Both the position numbers and the translations under genes were made by a program. Positions 61,621-64,000 of a stretch of 64,000 bases of DNA are shown here, in pieces. Source of the stretch: an uncultured Gemmatimonadales bacterium (lineage in GTDB: Bacteria; Gemmatimonadota; Glassbacteria; GWA2-58-10); contig CAYYNT010000001.1 in the NCBI GenBank assembly GCA_964473155.1, forward strand, positions 6,017 through 70,016, in the 5' to 3' direction. How positions within the stretch are numbered: the first letter of the stretch is position 1; each line of letters opens with the position of its first letter. Under the pieces are notes generated by a model. It ran no database searches and had not been told where the DNA came from. It saw only the letters and a program-made list of their open reading frames with translations.

Positions 61621-62832
61621 CTAATGCTGCGACTGGGAGGAGGAACCGGCATAAACCGGCAGACCTGAATAGATCACCGTTATATATGGATGCCTGGAAC
61701 TGTCCGCCGCTTCAGGAGAGTAGAATTCGGCATATCCGGCAGTGGTGATATTCACCAGGTTGGCCAGAACCACATAATTCCTGCTGCCGCCGCCCTCGAG
61801 GACCGCTTTCTGAACGGCCTTTGTGACATCCATGACCAGTGTCGTGTCGCTCTCACCGAGCACCATTCCGTAATCCAGGGCCTTGGTTTCCGAGGTTACG
61901 AACTCCAGGCTCTCACTCAGGTAGGTGCTGACCAGAAAACTGTCCACAAAAGCCGCCCTGGCCACGTTCAAATGAATGCTTGCCCGGTTGATCGTGGCAT
62001 TTTCAGGAATCTCGGAGAAATCATACCTGAAGAACAGCTGCCGCGCCGGCGAGGCGGATATCAAAAGGTTATCGCTGTTGTCTGTTCCTGCGAACCGCAC
62101 GATAGTTGCATCCATGAAGGCGCGGCGGTCAAGCAACTGCTGCTGCGAGGAGCCGGACTCAGTGTAGTAGACCTCCAGCCTCGAAGCGGTGGGGCTGGTC
62201 GGGTAACCCTCGCGGGCCAGTAATTCAACCATCGCATCCTCTCCGCCGCTGGCGATAATCTCCAGCGAGAGCGTCTCCTTCCCCGGCAGCCAGCTTTTCA
62301 TCCGCTCAATATCCAGACCCACGGAAACCGTATCGTAAGCATCACCATTGAACGGAGCCTGCCCGAGGGGAGAGGCCTCGTAGTCTCCGCCCGGCGTGGA
62401 CCAGAGATCACCCTCCGACGCCTGGTCGAAAGTGACCTCACTTTCCTCGAAATCCTTCTCCAGCCTGTGCACCGAAAGGGTAAGCGGCAGCGTTCCGCGT
62501 GTGCGTATCACATAGAGCTGAATACGGGCTGATTGAATCTGAACACCCGCCGCCAGGGCTGTCCGGAAACTCAGCAGGGTGCGCAACTCGTAATCCCGCC
62601 GGTGTCCGGCCAGGACAGTGGTCTGTAAACCCTTGGCCACCGTGCCGCCGTTGACTGTTTGAATCTCAATCGCCCGGTGAATCTCGGTTTTAACCGGATC
62701 GGAGCCTTCCATCCCTCCGGGAAGAAGGATCATTCCGTTTTTATTGTCTGATTTGGCGGCGCAGGCAACCAGTCCGGCCAGAACGGCGGTCAGCAGGATG
62801 AACCGGATATATCTGATGGAATGGGATTTCAC
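61621..62832 (-). CDS. Hypothetical lipoprotein
   Basis: 403 aa. Lipobox LAGLVAC after the signal peptide. Confidence 0.5.
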   Translation of the reverse strand: MKSHSIRYIRFILLTAVLAGLVACAAKSDNKNGMILLPGGMEGSDPVKTEIHRAIEIQTVNGGTVAKGLQTTVLAGHRRDYELRTLLSFRTALAAGVQIQSARIQLYVIRTRGTLPLTLSVHRLEKDFEESEVTFDQASEGDLWSTPGGDYEASPLGQAPFNGDAYDTVSVGLDIERMKSWLPGKETLSLEIIASGGEDAMVELLAREGYPTSPTASRLEVYYTESGSSQQQLLDRRAFMDATIVRFAGTDNSDNLLISASPARQLFFRYDFSEIPENATINRASIHLNVARAAFVDSFLVSTYLSESLEFVTSETKALDYGMVLGESDTTLVMDVTKAVQKAVLEGGGSRNYVVLANLVNITTAGYAEFYSPEAADSSRHPYITVIYSGLPVYAGSSSQSQH

Positions 62833-62998
62833 TTTATATCTCTGATTCCGGATTATTCATTACAAAATCGGGATACGGAATAACAGAGCCGCCCATCCTT
62901 CTTCCAATGCCTGTTCCGCGTCAAGCGGAAAAAGCACCCAGGGGGCGGCCGGTGGACAAAACTAACGCAAGCGGGATGATTGCGCAACCCTGATCAAC

Positions 62999-63271
62999 TC
63001 AAGAGGACAACCGGACATATTGCAGCCGCAGTTGAGTCAGCGAGGCATCCAGGGCATTCTTCTCATCCGCGTCAAGGTTGCCGCGGGTCTTGTCCTGCAG
63101 CACGCCTAACAGATCAATGATCATGCGGGCGAGCTCCAGGTTCTGTTTTTTATCCCCGGACTTCTCCGGGTCGGCGGCGGATTCGAGATAATTGCCGGCG
63201 CTCGAACTGAGCATCAGCACCAGAGTGATAAAATTCGCCAGACCATTGGATGATACACTGGCGTCCGTCAT
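62999..63271 (-). CDS. Small conserved hypothetical protein (DUF1844-like?)
   Basis: 90 aa, acidic. No firm motif. Confidence 0.3.
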   Translation of the reverse strand: MTDASVSSNGLANFITLVLMLSSSAGNYLESAADPEKSGDKKQNLELARMIIDLLGVLQDKTRGNLDADEKNALDASLTQLRLQYVRLSS

Positions 63272-63284
63272 ATGTTCCTCCGCC

Positions 63285-63872
63285 TCACCTGAGATTGAAA
63301 CCGGCGAATCCGAGGAAAGAGATGGACATCAGACCGGCGGAAATCAGGGCGATCGGAATCCCGCGCAGTATCGACGGGATGCGGGCCAGCTCGATACGTT
63401 CACGAATTCCGGCCATCAGCAGCAAAGCCACTGTAAATCCGGCTCCTGCCATCGTACCCTGTGTCAGCGCCTCGACAAAATTCAGCTTGTCGTTTATGTT
63501 CAGCACCGCCACGCCAAGCACGCAGCAGTTGGTCGTGATCAGAGGAAGATATATACCCAGCGCCTGGTAAAGGGACTGGGCGGTCTTGTTCAGAACTATC
63601 TCGACAAACTGCACCAGGGCGGCTATCACCAGGATAAAAACTATGGTGCTCAGATATGTTATATCATAAGGCACCAGAATGTAGTAATAAATCGGCCAGG
63701 TGACAAAAGCGGTCATGGCCATGACAAAGATCACCGCCAGACCCATGCCCACTGCGCTCGACATCTTGCGGCTCACTCCGAAAAACGGGCAGAGTCCGAG
63801 GAAGCGCGAAAGGACATAGTTGACGATGAAAATATTGCTGATCGTGATGACAAACAGGCGGCCGAAATCCAT
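63285..63872 (-). CDS. rnfA: Rnf/Nqr complex subunit A (RnfA/NqrE family)
   Basis: 195 aa. Six TM helices. Conserved LGLCPFFGVS and CCVLGVAV motifs. Confidence 0.85.
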   Translation of the reverse strand: MDFGRLFVITISNIFIVNYVLSRFLGLCPFFGVSRKMSSAVGMGLAVIFVMAMTAFVTWPIYYYILVPYDITYLSTIVFILVIAALVQFVEIVLNKTAQSLYQALGIYLPLITTNCCVLGVAVLNINDKLNFVEALTQGTMAGAGFTVALLLMAGIRERIELARIPSILRGIPIALISAGLMSISFLGFAGFNLR

Positions 63873-64000
63873 TATTCACCCGCCTCCTTCCTGGACTCAA
63901 AATAATTGAATCCCGCTAACATCAGACCCAGGGCGATAAATCCGCCCGGAGGGAGAATAAACAGAAGAACAGGCTGGTAGGTAGCCGGGGCGACCGGTAA
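63873..64000 (-). CDS. rnfE: Rnf complex subunit E (partial, C-terminal end; runs off the window)
   Basis: The in-frame minus-strand translation ends ...LPPGGFIALGLMLAGFNYFESRKEAGE*, which is RnfE/NqrD-like. Its stop is adjacent to the rnfA start. Confidence 0.55.

Overview
High-GC (about 62-65%) bacterial chromosomal segment, most likely from an uncultivated lineage, with dense coding on the minus strand. All gene calls rest on motif recall from the supplied translations; no database search was possible.

Backbone content: gltBD glutamate synthase; a secreted cohesin/dockerin protein and a GH38 alpha-mannosidase; an SOS/mutagenesis region (lexA-orf-dinB, a DinB_2-family gene, two tandem esterases, a DnaE2-like polymerase); a long co-linear amino-acid biosynthesis supercluster on the minus strand (gdh, hom, proC, threonine dehydratase, class-V aminotransferase, argJ, argD, ilvE, cimA/leuA, ilvC, ilvN, ilvB, ilvD); carA, sppA, eno, ftsB, an initiator-like tRNA-Met, an M23 peptidase; and the conserved rplM-rpsI-rpsB-tsf-pyrH-frr-uppS-cdsA-dxr-rseP cluster, ending with rnfA and a partial rnfE.

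Three sharply lower-GC patches look horizontally acquired: (1) about 27.85-29.35 kb, a VapC-like PIN nuclease translationally coupled to an unrecognisable 325-aa upstream partner, inserted between hom and proC. This is the strongest candidate for an undescribed toxin/defence module. (2) About 52.69-54.49 kb, an EcoRV-family type II restriction-modification pair inserted between cdsA and dxr. (3) About 23.9-24.75 kb, an overlapping pair of small unknown genes.

Other signals: a candidate Ile/Leu-rich leader peptide (attenuator) upstream of ilvD; a family of G-run/C-run hairpin repeats in the ilv operon spacers and downstream of gdh; tandem direct-repeat candidate LexA operators upstream of lexA; and a duplicated roughly 50-bp promoter module upstream of the esterase pair and the DinB_2 gene. 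Exact start codons are uncertain in several genes (internal Met likely; see evidence). Many long antisense ORFs in the track are high-GC artefacts.
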